NCBI GenBank assembly: GCA_034520965.1
Contig: JAXHMY010000007.1
Span: 128,001 to 192,000, forward strand
Source of the DNA: Spirochaetia bacterium
Lineage (GTDB): Bacteria; Spirochaetota; Spirochaetia; DSM-16054; Sediminispirochaetaceae
Reading direction: 5' to 3'
DNA: 64,000 nucleotides
Position numbers and translations under genes: made by a program. Under the pieces are notes generated by a model. That model ran no database searches, was not told the origin of the DNA, and saw nothing but the letters and a program-made list of their open reading frames with translations. Positions 22,444 to 33,701 of this stretch are shown in pieces (the stretch's first letter is position 1; every line of letters begins with the position of its first letter).

Positions 22444-23646
22444 ATGTTGTATTTAAGCTTGCAGTTGTGGAACCTGGTCTCGGTATTTCTCTGGTACCGG
22501 TTCCTGTCGGACAAATTACACTACGTTATTGACAAGAACAGCGTGCACGGACTCTGGGGTTTCTTTTTTGCGGGAGTGGTCAGCACGTTCACTATTGAGA
22601 CCCTACATGCCATTTATCCCCTCTCGATTTTTGTACAGTCGATTTACGAGAGCGATTTTCTCTACAGTGTTCTGGTCACCGGGGTAATCGAGGAGTTTGC
22701 CAAGTGGACGGCCTTTATCCTGATTGCCCACTATGTGGGCACGGTGAAGGAGCCCCAGGACGGGGTGCTGCAGGGAGCCGCGGTGGGCCTCGGGTTCGGC
22801 TTTATCGAGAACATCATGTATATAGACAGATACACCGAGCTATTTATAGGCGTGCGCCCGATTCTCAGTACCGGCGGGCACATGCTCTACGGTGCGGTGT
22901 GGGGCGGACTGTATTCGGCGGCCCGATGGAGCAACGTGAGTTCGCGCGACCCCGGGGCTTACCGGGTAGCGTTTTTGGGGCTGTTTTTGATGGCCTGCGT
23001 GCACGGGCTGTACAATTCAGTGGTGGTGTATGGCTTACTTTTTGGCGTACTGGTAGATTCAGTTGTCTTGCATTCTTCGTTTGTTCTTTTCATGCATCTG
23101 ACGAAGCACTCGCCCTACCGGAACTTTCCGCTTAGTAAGGCCAAAACGGCTATTCCGGGGATCAGGCGCGGGCTGTTTTTTAACCCCAAGAGCCCCATTC
23201 TCAACGACCGGATGGCCACCTACCTGATGCACTTAGGTGAGCACAGGCGGGCCATTCAGTATTTTTATGACGCCCTTCCCCGGGCTGCGCAGAAAGATAG
23301 AATTAGGTTTCTAGCGGCGGTCTGCGAGTTTGCCTTTCTGAAGAATGAGAAGGGGCGGCAGCGGATTATCAAAACTTGGGGCCGCCTTTCGGACAGCGAC
23401 CGCAAGAAGGCCCGCAGCCAGCTTGAAAGGATTTTGGCGCGGAACAACACCCTGCTGCACAATGTGGAACAGGTGATCGACTCGCCCTTCAGCGTGCGTC
23501 GCGGAAAACAGGGCTATGTACTGGCCAAGGATTTGAAGGCCCGCAGAATCAACCGCAAGTACCGGCGCAGCAAAGCAATCGATGCGGTGGTGAAGACGTT
23601 GTCGGAAGAGGAGAAGCTTAAGCTGCGGCGGAAGCTGGGGCTGTGA
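22444..23646 (+). CDS. PrsW-family intramembrane metalloprotease with C-terminal TPR-like/basic domain
   Basis: IEEFAK, FGFIEN, GHMLY, HGLYN motifs. Confidence 0.85.
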   Translation: MLYLSLQLWNLVSVFLWYRFLSDKLHYVIDKNSVHGLWGFFFAGVVSTFTIETLHAIYPLSIFVQSIYESDFLYSVLVTGVIEEFAKWTAFILIAHYVGTVKEPQDGVLQGAAVGLGFGFIENIMYIDRYTELFIGVRPILSTGGHMLYGAVWGGLYSAARWSNVSSRDPGAYRVAFLGLFLMACVHGLYNSVVVYGLLFGVLVDSVVLHSSFVLFMHLTKHSPYRNFPLSKAKTAIPGIRRGLFFNPKSPILNDRMATYLMHLGEHRRAIQYFYDALPRAAQKDRIRFLAAVCEFAFLKNEKGRQRIIKTWGRLSDSDRKKARSQLERILARNNTLLHNVEQVIDSPFSVRRGKQGYVLAKDLKARRINRKYRRSKAIDAVVKTLSEEEKLKLRRKLGL

Positions 23647-23757
23647 GGTTTCTATGAAGCGGCATGGCAAATTCCGGTTTTACTCAATTTGCTGGGTCGC
23701 CGATAAGTAGACAATAAGATAAATTTCAAAAAAGAATGTTATAAAAAGGAGTCAAAA

Positions 23758-25296
23758 ATGAGTATCAGTAAAAAGGTATGTATATTATTCGTACTTATTA
23801 CCATTCTGGCTGGTTGTGCTACTTCTCAGTCGACCAGTGCAGAGAAAAAGGATGATTATTATAAAAGCTGGAGTATAGATTACGGCCGGCCTAAAGAGTA
23901 TGTAGAGCAGGGGCCCTACACTCAGATTGATCCGCAGTACCTCGCCGAGCTGGATATGATCGGTGAGATTTCTACTACTGATGATTTGCATAAAATCTAC
24001 CGTTATGTGTTTGATGAATACGCCCATCCTTCGGAAGTCGGGTATGAAGAGGACCCACTGCAGCGGGTTGAACAAATCAAGACAAATACGATACTCGAAC
24101 TGAAAATCCTGAGCGGTGAATTGTCTTACGCAACCTTGATGGCAAGTGTACTCCGGTATAAAGGTATACCGGCGCTCGTTGCACACGGAATGGCAATTGG
24201 CGGTGTACTGAATACTAATTCCGATTCAGATTATACCTTTGTTGAAGCGTATGTTGACGGCCGCTGGGTTCTATTGGATCCCACCAACCGAGATAAGCCA
24301 GCCCGCATAGGAGAGAGCTATGATCCTGCAAAGCCTGTAATCGATTTCGATGAGATCGATCTTGTTTCCCGACGAGGAGAGCAGATTGGCTATTACATTG
24401 TTGCGAAAGGATTAGATATGGCAGAAAGCGGATACCCCTCTCAGAAATCGCTGGAAAAAATCAAAGAAATTCATGAGGATTATATTAGAGAATATTTTTC
24501 AACCGAATCTTTCGAAAACACTTCTGGTGAAACAGAGAGCGCAGAGAAGGGCAAACCTCAAAATTCAGAGGAACCTGAGCTGAAAACAGTTTCCCTCACA
24601 AAGGAAGATGTGCAGAAGAAAATTCAAAACAGGTGGGGCATTGATTACAGCCGGCCCTCTCAATATCTGAAGCAAGGTCCGCAAACTCGAATACCACAAG
24701 AGTATCGGGAAGAGATTGATAATATTCTGGGGCCGGTAGAAAAAATCGGGTCAATTAATACAGGTATACGACTACATCCACGGTAATTATCGCACCGAAC
24801 CCGCCGGGGGGCGCTATATCGGAACAATGACTGTTGAAAAAATTTTGAGAGAAAGATTCTTACCGGCTGTCATGATCATGGCTTGTTTGTTGCTGCAATA
24901 CTAAGGCATAACGGAGTCCCGGCGATTCTTGTGGATGGTGTCGACTTGAATTTTGTTGAAAAGTATCCGAATCATGACGGGTACGGCGGCCATGTGTACG
25001 TAGAGGCGTATGTTGCTGGCAGTTGGGTTTTACTTGATTCAACGAACAGCCGCTATGTTGTCGACTACGATTATACCGACCCGGTGATAAATGAATTTGA
25101 GAACGAAAATGATCTTGAGCACCTCGGCAAATATGTGATGTTCAAAGGTCTCGACAGCAACTCTTACGGGATTGAAAAGCATGAAGATTTGATCAGTTAT
25201 TTGATAGCATATGCTGAATACCTGAATGATGAATATCAAGTTGAACCGTATTTTGAGAGATATCCGCGGCCGGAGAGCCGGCACATTCAGGATTAG
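23758..25296 (+). CDS. Lipoprotein with two transglutaminase-like domains, frameshift near 24760
   Basis: Lipobox LAGC; duplicated WxIDYxRP..Y..QGP and VEAYV.G.WVLLD; second copy has TGCHDHG and GHVYVE. Confidence 0.8.
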
Positions 25297-25470
25297 GACT
25301 AAAGATAAGTGTAATTTGGCGGATCCCTCCCATCTATTCGAGCGGTAGTTTTCTTCAGGCGGGTGCATCAGACTGAATACCTCGGTCTGTTCGTAGTGGC
25401 TGATTGTTAGAATAGATGTTGTGGCCGGCGAAAGCCGGCCCTTCATCCTTTCTTTATCCGCGGTTATACT

Positions 25471-25815
25471 TCACACATCACTGCTTACCGAGAGAACTCC
25501 GTACATTTGTGTAATGACGTGTCGAAGCTGTTCTGCTGTTATCTCTTCAATAAAACCTATTCGGTTTCCGATTCTCTGTTTTGAGATGGTCCGAATCTGG
25601 TCGACCGCAATTTCCGAGGCTTTGTCGGTAACCGAAGTTTGAACCCGGCTAGGCCAGGACGGGTGAACCTGGGAGGTTATCGGGCAGACGACGATTGTGT
25701 GAAGATAACGGTTCATAAGTTGATCGCTTACGACAACCGCCGGCCTGGTTTTGATCATTTCACTTCCGGTACCTGGATCAAGGTGTACCCAGTATACCCC
25801 GTAGCGCTCAATCAT
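25471..25815 (-). CDS. PemK/MazF family toxin
   Basis: VYWVHLDP..GSE..KTRPAVVVS, DQIRTISKQR. Confidence 0.92.
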   Translation of the reverse strand: MIERYGVYWVHLDPGTGSEMIKTRPAVVVSDQLMNRYLHTIVVCPITSQVHPSWPSRVQTSVTDKASEIAVDQIRTISKQRIGNRIGFIEEITAEQLRHVITQMYGVLSVSSDV

Positions 25816-26062
25816 CGATTCCGTCCTCATCGGTCGTTTGCCATGCTTCCCACTCCATCGAATCCTCCCGTTCGGCCGCCATTTGCTGATACGCCGCTTC
25901 CCATGAAAGGGTATATTCCTGCTGTATGGGCCTGAGAAATAGACCGTTACGGTTTTGCTCTATTTCCATGTCGGAGCCTTCTTTCAGGCCGTACAAGTTA
26001 AGAAGCTTTTTGGGAAGGCGAATTCCGCGGGAGTTTCCGATCTTGATTATCTTTGCTTTCAT
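25808..26062 (-). CDS. AbrB/MazE family antitoxin
   Basis: KIIKIGNSRGIRLPK. Confidence 0.92.
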   Translation of the reverse strand: MKAKIIKIGNSRGIRLPKKLLNLYGLKEGSDMEIEQNRNGLFLRPIQQEYTLSWEAAYQQMAAEREDSMEWEAWQTTDEDGIDD

Positions 26063-26157
26063 GTAATTACAGTAATAACATTTTTAGTGCATGTCAAACC
26101 ATTGCGGATGGGTGGGAGTAGTTTTATTTTCTTTTCCAATGGATAACACTGAAGCGT

Positions 26158-26540
26158 TTATACCTGCATGACCATATACGCTTCGCGAAAAGCCGCTCCT
26201 GCCAGAATCAGTACCGATAGCGTCACCGCTAACCACTGTTCGGTTTTCAATGAACTACGGTCCTGTCTTGGAACCGGTTTTGAGGGGGTTCGAAATGTCT
26301 CTGAGTGATTGGCCGAAATGGAATTGGTGGCGACGGCCAACAAAACTGCCGCTGCCATTTCATAAAGGCCGGTGCGTCCGAACACCGGCCATCTGTGAAA
26401 GCGGCGACAGCCCACGAATGAGGCCTTCCGGCAAAAAGAGGTAGCTAAGGGTCCAGCTGGCAAAAAACAGCGCCAATCCCAGTAGGTACAGGCTGATAAA
26501 GCGTACCACGACATGTTCGTGTTCCAAGTAGCGAAGCATC
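26158..26540 (-). pseudogene. Fragmented membrane protein
   Basis: Hydrophobic segments in two frames (FISLYLLGLALFFASW; WLAVTLSVLILAGAAF). Confidence 0.35.
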
Positions 26541-26769
26541 GCGTTTCTTCCTTGGTGGTTTTTGTATCGATGGGTAGAGTGTAGCAAAGCAAGCAGTATT
26601 AATCGAGCAATTTAGATAGGGAGGTTATATAAACTAGGGATATATGGTTCTGACCGCACGCTTTGCGTGATTGGCATGTGACCACTGGAGGGCAGTTGTT
26701 GCCGGTTTCATCTATTTTCTACTTGAGCTTTTAGTTTACCATTTTACCCTGAATCCCTATACTGTGACC

Positions 26770-28134
26770 ATGAAGTTGATCATAAAAGTATTTATCAGCC
26801 TGGCAACTATGCTTTGTTTTTCGCCTTCCCTCTTCGGATTGGAATGGGAGTTGCGACTGCAGAACGACGCGCTGGCCTGGGCTCACTCCACGGAGTGGGA
26901 TGATTTTCGCACTGCCGGAGGCAGCCTGCTGCTAACTGAGGGGCAGATGGAATTCCAAACAGGATACTACGTCCTCACCCGCCGGTCACCAGACGGCATT
27001 GAGCCTACGGAACGCATCGACGAGATACTCCTGGGGGCGGCGCGCCGCTTTACCCTACTGCAGAGTAAGCAGCTTGAACACCATACAGAGGAGGGGGTCT
27101 TTCTCCGCCCCGGGCTTATGTTGAGGCTTTTCGGAAACTTCGGCGGCTTGGCAATGCAGAAAGGGTTTCACAGCGGCATAGAGGCAAAACGAGCCATCCC
27201 GGAGAACTACAGCAACCCGGACTGGGAGATGGGTATCAACGCCGATATCTCTGCCCGTTACGAGATTATTCCCGCTACCGGCTTTTTTTGGACAGCAGAA
27301 GCTACTGCCGAGGTGCGCAGCTCTCGCTCGATGTCGGTGAGCATTGAAAACGGTCTGAATCTGCCCGCCTCGGACTTCGACAGCCGCCTGGATGCGGGAT
27401 GGAAGTATAGGTTTGGAGAAAGCCCAATCGCTTCGCTTGAGGCACTTCGGGCTCAGACTGATGGACCCTACCTCCGGCTGCGCTATGGCACCCCGCCTTT
27501 GCTCATATCCCGCACCGCCTATCTTTTTACAGGCTGGGGTGAAGGCCGGGTTGAAGTTTCGTTTCCGGTGGTGCGCAGCGAAGAAGGGCGTTCCGGTAAA
27601 ACTGGAAATGAGCAGATACGAGAGATTCGCAACCTCACGGAGTTTGGGGCACATACTGACCGGGGTACCCTATTCCAAAATACCCTCATCTATCCCGTTG
27701 CCATACCGGTATCAGAGAAGGCTCGGTTTCTATTGGGCACCGGAGCCGGGTGGAATATCGGCTTTGTCGACATCATAGAAGGGACAGACATAGAACGAAG
27801 CAACGGATTTCGGCTTTTGCTGGAGGCGTCTGTAAATTGGCGAGTCGGTGGGTGTGAGAGCTGGCCTTATCTATTTGCCTCACCTGGTGTGGAATGGTTT
27901 CGTTTGGTGATAGATTCAGGCAACAGAGCAGAAGTGCTTGATGAGGATCTGATCCTCTCTCTTAAGGCCGGAAGCGGCATCCGTATTGGAGTCCGAAGCG
28001 GAGAGCGTGGAAGTGCAGGGATAGAGCTCTCATGGTGGTGGAATTTACGTGCTGGACGTAACGGAACCGGCGAATACAAGGGCCCCGGAAGCAGGGCCGG
28101 CACAAGTCTCTCTTTCTATGTTGCCCGGCTTTAA
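26770..28134 (+). CDS. Outer-membrane beta-barrel protein, possibly LpxR-like at the N-terminus
   Basis: Signal peptide, LQNDA..DDFRT and G..MQKGFH resemble LpxR motifs; alternating beta pattern. Confidence 0.5.
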   Translation: MKLIIKVFISLATMLCFSPSLFGLEWELRLQNDALAWAHSTEWDDFRTAGGSLLLTEGQMEFQTGYYVLTRRSPDGIEPTERIDEILLGAARRFTLLQSKQLEHHTEEGVFLRPGLMLRLFGNFGGLAMQKGFHSGIEAKRAIPENYSNPDWEMGINADISARYEIIPATGFFWTAEATAEVRSSRSMSVSIENGLNLPASDFDSRLDAGWKYRFGESPIASLEALRAQTDGPYLRLRYGTPPLLISRTAYLFTGWGEGRVEVSFPVVRSEEGRSGKTGNEQIREIRNLTEFGAHTDRGTLFQNTLIYPVAIPVSEKARFLLGTGAGWNIGFVDIIEGTDIERSNGFRLLLEASVNWRVGGCESWPYLFASPGVEWFRLVIDSGNRAEVLDEDLILSLKAGSGIRIGVRSGERGSAGIELSWWWNLRAGRNGTGEYKGPGSRAGTSLSFYVARL

Positions 28135-28261
28135 AGGACGGTGGCAAAGCCTTCAACCTGTCAGCAGCTCGACTATTTCGAATCTGTGCTCTCTGGCCAC
28201 TTGACCTATCGTGTTAGTGTGTATCTAATATTTAAAGATTAAAAATGTCCGGGGAGGATTT

Positions 28262-29746
28262 ATGAAGAATGTACGGGAAGTGAATTTTAGAAATCTGCTG
28301 GCTTATGGCTCGGGTGATATTTACGGCGGCGGATCTTTTCTGCTTATCAGTATGTTTTTTCTCTTTTATCTTACGAATGTGGTTGGCTTAAGCCCCGCAG
28401 TAAGCGGTATTATTATTGGGCTGGGAAGCATCTGGGACGGTCTTTCGGACCCTATGATGGGTTATATCTCGGATAATACCCGTACCCGTTTAGGCAGAAG
28501 GCGGGTTTTCTTTTTAATTGGAATTATTCCAATTGCGGTAAGCTTCATTTTGATGTGGCTTCCTATGCGCTTTGACAATTCTGCAATGACTGCTGTGTAC
28601 TTTGGTTTTGCATATATTCTTTTTAAAACTGTTTTTACCATGGTCATGGTTCCCTATGCTGCGTTAAATGCTGAGATGACTCCTGATTACAAAATCAGAA
28701 CCAGGCTTTCAGGTGCTAGGATCATTTTTTCTCAATTTTCCGCCCTGCTCGCGGCAACTATACCTGCTTTGATTATTAAGGCCTTTCAGCCCATTGAAAA
28801 AGGCTATGTTGTTATGGCGGTTATTTTTGGTATTTTTTATGCGGCCCCCTGGATTTTAGTTTTTCTCGGTACCTGGGAAGACTCAGACCTGAATGAGGCT
28901 AAAGACCCAAAGGCGATAAAACAGGTTTTTTCAGAATTTTTAACTTTAAGAAAAAATAAGACTTTTCTGTATCATATCTTGATGTATCTTTTCGCTTATA
29001 CCGCAATGGACGGACTGATGAACCTTTTCAAATTTTATCTTGAATTGAACCTGCAAAAGGGGCATCTTTTTTCGTTAGCTATGGGTTCTTTGATGGGTAC
29101 ACAAATTCTTATGATGAGTGTGTATGTGTATATTTCCAATAAGAAGGGCAAGGGTTTTTCGTACAGGATGGGTTTTATCCTCTGGGCAATTGGTATGGGT
29201 GCGGCCTTTTTTCTGACAGAGGATTCTTCTACCCTGCTGCTTGTGCTCACTTCAATTCTGCTCGGTACTGGTGTCAGCGCCGCAATTATGATTCCCTGGG
29301 CGATTTTACCATCTGTCATTGATGTTGATGAGCTTATTACCACTAAACAAAGGGCAGGGACCTATTCCGGTTCTATGACACTGGTGAGGAAAATTGCTCA
29401 AGGTATAACTATCGCCGGTATTGGAGCTATGTTGTCGCTTATTGGTTTTGTTTCACCCGAGATTGTAGTAGTGAATGGAATACCAAAGGCTGTTGCCCAG
29501 GTGCAGAGCCCTGAAACCCTTGCCAATTTAAAGCTTCTCTTCTTTGCCACACCTGTGGTTTTTTTAATTACGGGTTTTCTTGTTTCATTGAAGTTTAAAA
29601 TTACTCCGGAGACTCATAAAATTCTTACCGATGAAATAGCCCGTCTTAAAGCCGGTGGAAGCAAGGCGGATGTGAGCCCTGAAACAAAGGCCGTGTGTGA
29701 AGAACTCACAGGCAGTAAATATGAAAAGCTTTATAAAAAACAGTAG
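28262..29746 (+). CDS. GPH-family MFS sugar:cation symporter (TogT/MelB-like)
   Basis: YGSGD, WDGLSDPMMGYISD.TRTRLGRRR, VPYAAL. Confidence 0.92.
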   Translation: MKNVREVNFRNLLAYGSGDIYGGGSFLLISMFFLFYLTNVVGLSPAVSGIIIGLGSIWDGLSDPMMGYISDNTRTRLGRRRVFFLIGIIPIAVSFILMWLPMRFDNSAMTAVYFGFAYILFKTVFTMVMVPYAALNAEMTPDYKIRTRLSGARIIFSQFSALLAATIPALIIKAFQPIEKGYVVMAVIFGIFYAAPWILVFLGTWEDSDLNEAKDPKAIKQVFSEFLTLRKNKTFLYHILMYLFAYTAMDGLMNLFKFYLELNLQKGHLFSLAMGSLMGTQILMMSVYVYISNKKGKGFSYRMGFILWAIGMGAAFFLTEDSSTLLLVLTSILLGTGVSAAIMIPWAILPSVIDVDELITTKQRAGTYSGSMTLVRKIAQGITIAGIGAMLSLIGFVSPEIVVVNGIPKAVAQVQSPETLANLKLLFFATPVVFLITGFLVSLKFKITPETHKILTDEIARLKAGGSKADVSPETKAVCEELTGSKYEKLYKKQ

Positions 29747-29803
29747 AAGCGTAAGACCCTCGGCTGCGCTTACTGCGGCCTGGTTTTGTAACCTGAGGTT
29801 TGG

Positions 29804-29877
29804 GTTGTATCCTGGGGTCTATGTTGTATCCTGGGGTCTATGTTGTATCCTGGGGTCTATGTTGTATCCTGGGGTCT
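29804..29877 (+). repeat. 19-bp tandem repeat, about 3.9 copies
   Basis: GTTGTATCCTGGGGTCTAT x3 plus partial copy, no spacers. Confidence 0.95.
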
Positions 29878-30202
29878 GGGCGGGGGGCCGGCCCGCGGAT
29901 GGGGAGGTTATATAAACTACGGATATATCGGGCTGCACACGGGGCCCTTCGGCGGGCCTATCAGGGGGGCAACACGGATGGGCGCGGATGGGGATGAGTA
30001 TAAAAATTTAGGGTTTATAAATATATCTGTGTATATCCGTGAAAATCCGTAGTTAAATTCTTTTCTTTTCTTTTTTGAAGCAGCAGGCTGTTTTGAGGCC
30101 CCGTAGAGTTAACCTGAATAATTCGGGTGGGCAGCTTTGTTATTCCTCAGTATATCCTGCATATCTTAAATCTGGTACTCTTTAAGATATTTAAACATGG
30201 GG

Positions 30203-30640
30203 TTACCCGAATTTCTTGTGCATGAACCTTCGGTAGGCTTTGCCGAATTTGGGAATATTATCAAAAATATCCCCCCACAGGTCATAGTAGTCTCTCTGTT
30301 CGATGATCATAGAATTTTCATCAAGGGTCAGCTTTGAGCAGCCATAAAGGGTCGAGCTGGGAAACTTTTTAAACATCATTGTCATCTCCCATTGCATAAA
30401 GATTACCTGCTCATTCTGTGCCATGGAAACAATCTTGAAATTCAGCTCTTTGCAGCGACCTGCCAGGCGGTTGCAGAGGGCCTCAAAGTTCTGTTTCCCC
30501 TCAACCCTTTGAATGGAATCCTGGAAAATGATGTTCTCGTGATAATAAGGAAACAGATGGGACCAGTCGGGCTTGCCGCTGGTGTTATATGTGTTAGACC
30601 ACAGCTCCCTTATTGTTTCAAGGCTCAGTTTTTTTTCCAT
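30203..30640 (-). CDS. NTF2-like/SnoaL family protein
   Basis: YHENIIFQD, IIEQRDYYD. Confidence 0.8.
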   Translation of the reverse strand: MEKKLSLETIRELWSNTYNTSGKPDWSHLFPYYHENIIFQDSIQRVEGKQNFEALCNRLAGRCKELNFKIVSMAQNEQVIFMQWEMTMMFKKFPSSTLYGCSKLTLDENSMIIEQRDYYDLWGDIFDNIPKFGKAYRRFMHKKFG

Positions 30641-30660
30641 ATACGTCCTTCATTTTTTCT

Positions 30661-31107
30661 TTAGGCAGTATGAAAATTTATCAGATAGATAATAAGTGCA
30701 ACGGTGAAGGTAGCGATAAACCCGATAATCATTATGCCGAGTGTTTTGGAATATCCCCTGGGAGAAATCTGGCCGGCCCTGTCCATCTGTTTAATGGCCG
30801 GATACAGCCGTGAGAAGAAGGTCGATATCGAGAATATGAGTGCGATAATAGTGAATACCTTTGTAGTACTGTTTCCGGTTATTATGATGCCTATCAGCAG
30901 GACAATAAATATCAATTTTGTCCCGGCTAGCCAATCTATTAGATAGGTTACCAGTGCGTGTACTTCAGGGTCGGTTTTTGATTTTTCATATGCCTTAAAA
31001 ACCCCCATGCCGTTTCCCCGGCGTGTTTCAGGAGTCAAATAGAGCATCAGCACATTCGAAAGTTCCAGAATACCAAAAACAATCAGGACAATAGATAGAA
31101 TGTCCAC
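30661..31107 (-). CDS. Hypothetical membrane protein (4 TM)
   Basis: Four hydrophobic segments, GGAG RBS. Confidence 0.7.
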   Translation of the reverse strand: MDILSIVLIVFGILELSNVLMLYLTPETRRGNGMGVFKAYEKSKTDPEVHALVTYLIDWLAGTKLIFIVLLIGIIITGNSTTKVFTIIALIFSISTFFSRLYPAIKQMDRAGQISPRGYSKTLGIMIIGFIATFTVALIIYLINFHTA

Positions 31108-31293
31108 AGCAATCTCCCCGATCAGACTGTTTCCTGCCTATAGTTCCGTTCCCCACCTGGTCACTCTTCATTTAATAATAGTTTGTAATGATGCCGGCAG
31201 CAAGGGGATGGGGAGGTTATATATACAACGATTGACCAGCAGTTTGAACAGTGCTACTTTAACTTACTATTGATAATCTGAAGAGAAGAGAGT

Positions 31294-31641
31294 ATGAAAA
31301 AAATAAGTGAGCGGGGTCGGTTTCTTTTCAAGCTTGTCGGTGTCAGTGCATTAGTGTTGTTTATGATCTCGGCAACATCCTGCGCCACAAGCGGCGTGCT
31401 CGGATTCGGCGATCCCCTGGCAACTGCAAGCTATGTAGACAGTGGAGATTCAAATGCATCGGAACGTATTTCTACATCCGAAGAGGAGATCGAAGCGTTA
31501 AAAGCCGAGATTGCCGTTCTGAAGAAGGAACTTGAGAGGGTCAGCAATATCAAGACCGACATTGATGAAATGCCGAAAGAGATGCTCCGTCAGCTGGTGG
31601 AAGCCCTGGAGTCCTATCTTGAGACATTCGAGGAAGAATAA
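31294..31641 (+). CDS. Coiled-coil lipoprotein
   Basis: Lipobox-like TSC, heptad IEALKAEIAVLKKEL. Confidence 0.7.
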   Translation: MKKISERGRFLFKLVGVSALVLFMISATSCATSGVLGFGDPLATASYVDSGDSNASERISTSEEEIEALKAEIAVLKKELERVSNIKTDIDEMPKEMLRQLVEALESYLETFEEE

Positions 31642-31664
31642 AGGAACCGTACACGAGGCCGCCC

Positions 31665-32471
31665 ATGGAAGAATCTTTTATCAGGTTCAGTATTTTCCTC
31701 GGATTATTGCTGCTGTTCTCGATTCTGGAGAGCCTCTTTCCCCGCCGGGGCCGTGTCTATCGGCGGAAATTCCGATGGCCGAATAACCTGGGGGTACTGG
31801 CTGCCGGATCGCTGGTGAGCCGGGTTGTACCCTCTCTGCTTCCCCTCAGCGCGGCCTTAATGGCTGCACAACAGGGGTTTGGTCTCTTTCATATCGCCAC
31901 AATCCCAGGCTGGGCGGCATTTGTACTGACCATCCTGCTCCTCGACCTGCTCATCTACTGGCAGCACCGCCTGCTGCACACCGTGCCCCTCCTGTCGCGT
32001 ATTCACCGGATGCATCATACCGACCGGGACATCGATGCGACGACCGCTCTCCGCTTCCATCCCCTGGAATTATTTCTGTCAATGATCATCAAGACCGCCG
32101 CGGTCTGGATCCTGGGCGCTCCCGCAACGGCGGTGCTCGTATTCGAAATTATCCTGAACGGGACTGCCATGTTCAATCACGCGAACCTTTTCATTCCGTA
32201 TCGGGCCGATTCTGTGCTCAGGAAAATACTTGTCACCCCGGACATGCACCGCATCCATCACTCTATCCGCAGAACAGAACGCAATTCCAACTACGGATTC
32301 GCCCTCTCATGGTGGGACCACCTCTTCGGTTCCTATACCGCCGAGCCGGCTGACGGCTATGAGGGCATGGGAATCGGCATCAAGGGATTAGAAGATTCCG
32401 CGCACCAGGTCATTATCTGGATGCTGGCCTCCCCATTTCTTTCCCAGGACCGTGCCTTTCAGGAGGATTAA
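31665..32471 (+). CDS. Sterol desaturase / fatty acid hydroxylase family protein
   Basis: His boxes HRLLH, HRMHH, HRIHH; FNHAN. Confidence 0.9.
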   Translation: MEESFIRFSIFLGLLLLFSILESLFPRRGRVYRRKFRWPNNLGVLAAGSLVSRVVPSLLPLSAALMAAQQGFGLFHIATIPGWAAFVLTILLLDLLIYWQHRLLHTVPLLSRIHRMHHTDRDIDATTALRFHPLELFLSMIIKTAAVWILGAPATAVLVFEIILNGTAMFNHANLFIPYRADSVLRKILVTPDMHRIHHSIRRTERNSNYGFALSWWDHLFGSYTAEPADGYEGMGIGIKGLEDSAHQVIIWMLASPFLSQDRAFQED

Positions 32472-32786
32472 TACTGGGCTGTGTCGTGCATATTCTGCCG
32501 GCACGGATGGGGAGGTTATATAAACTACGGATATATTGGGTGTTCGCAGGCGGGTAACACAGATGGGCACGGATGGGGAAGGGTAAAAATTAAAGAATGA
32601 AGATTTTGAGGCTAAGAGCCTGTTAATCCGAGCGGCGGCGGTTGGTCCACAAGCAGCGATCCTCTGTGGATATTCGTAGTTAATTTTATATTATCTGTGT
32701 ATACCCGTCGCAAAAATCTACCCGATTAAGCTATGCGAATTTAATTACTTCTTTTGCTATCCTTTTGAAGTATATATTGTTTGTAA

Positions 32787-33357
32787 TTAAAAAGACCTTA
32801 TTGGTCTCACATATTTAATATCACTTTTAGGTAAATTATACGGTTGGCCAGTGCTGAAACTGACTCTTGTAGCATTGGTATTGGAACTTGTCTGAAGATG
32901 ACCAGTATTCATCGTTTTCAAAATTACCTATTATGTCAATGGAAGCCATCAAATACATTAGTTCTAGTTCGTTTTGGGATGGAAGGAACCAATCTCCCTC
33001 GTCATCACTGCGATAATCTCTACATAGAGCCGCTGCACTTGTGGTATGTCCTTCTGCTGCAACTATAGCTTGAGAGTTCTCAAATCCTAAACCTATTTCT
33101 TTTCTTGGAGGTGTCATAATATAAGTGCTTTGTGTGTCTCCTCCTTCTACCCAAACTGAGGTAGGATCGGATGAACCATCATGCCAAGTATTAGGTGCTA
33201 CCTCTAAACCATGGAATCCACCATCAGTAACAAGAAACACTTTTCCAACACCACTTGGACCAATATCACCAACTTGGTATTTACCTAATTCAAGGTCACA
33301 TCCACTAAGTAGTAATCCAATTGCTAAAACAAAAATTAATAAAATTATTCTCTTCAT
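32787..33357 (-). CDS. DUF1566-like lipoprotein, AT-rich, frameshift near 32890
   Basis: Lipobox LSGC, YQVGDIGPSG, DWFLPSQNEL, YWSSS, ending VRPIRSF in a shifted frame. Confidence 0.75.
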
Positions 33358-33701
33358 TTATTTCTTATCCTCATTAACTAATTATATTTTTATAAACTTC
33401 TCAATTTTTTGACTATTCTTGTTTATAGCCTGTAATAAAAATAGAAATCGAGTTTTTCCAGAAAGAGAAAATGTATGTAATTAATAGTGTATAAGCTATA
33501 AGCAAGTAAGTAAACCATGATTTTACCTGCTAAGTTAATTTTTCGGATTCTGACTTAAGCCAACTTACAGTTACTATGTTCATCCGAAGTTAAATTTTTC
33601 TGAGTGTTTTTGAAGCACTCAGGCTTTATCTTACCTCTATTAATACAGAAAGGTTCGATGCTTTCTTGAGGAAGGTTTACACATTGTATATACTATGTGG
33701 T

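Noticed and set aside
23631..23646. PrsW gene ends GAAGCTGGGGCTGT (KLGL) like the Rpn genes
   Set aside because: Only about 14 bp, no repeat core follows; may be chance
29804..29877. 19-bp repeat as a mini-CRISPR
   Set aside because: Units are contiguous with no spacers
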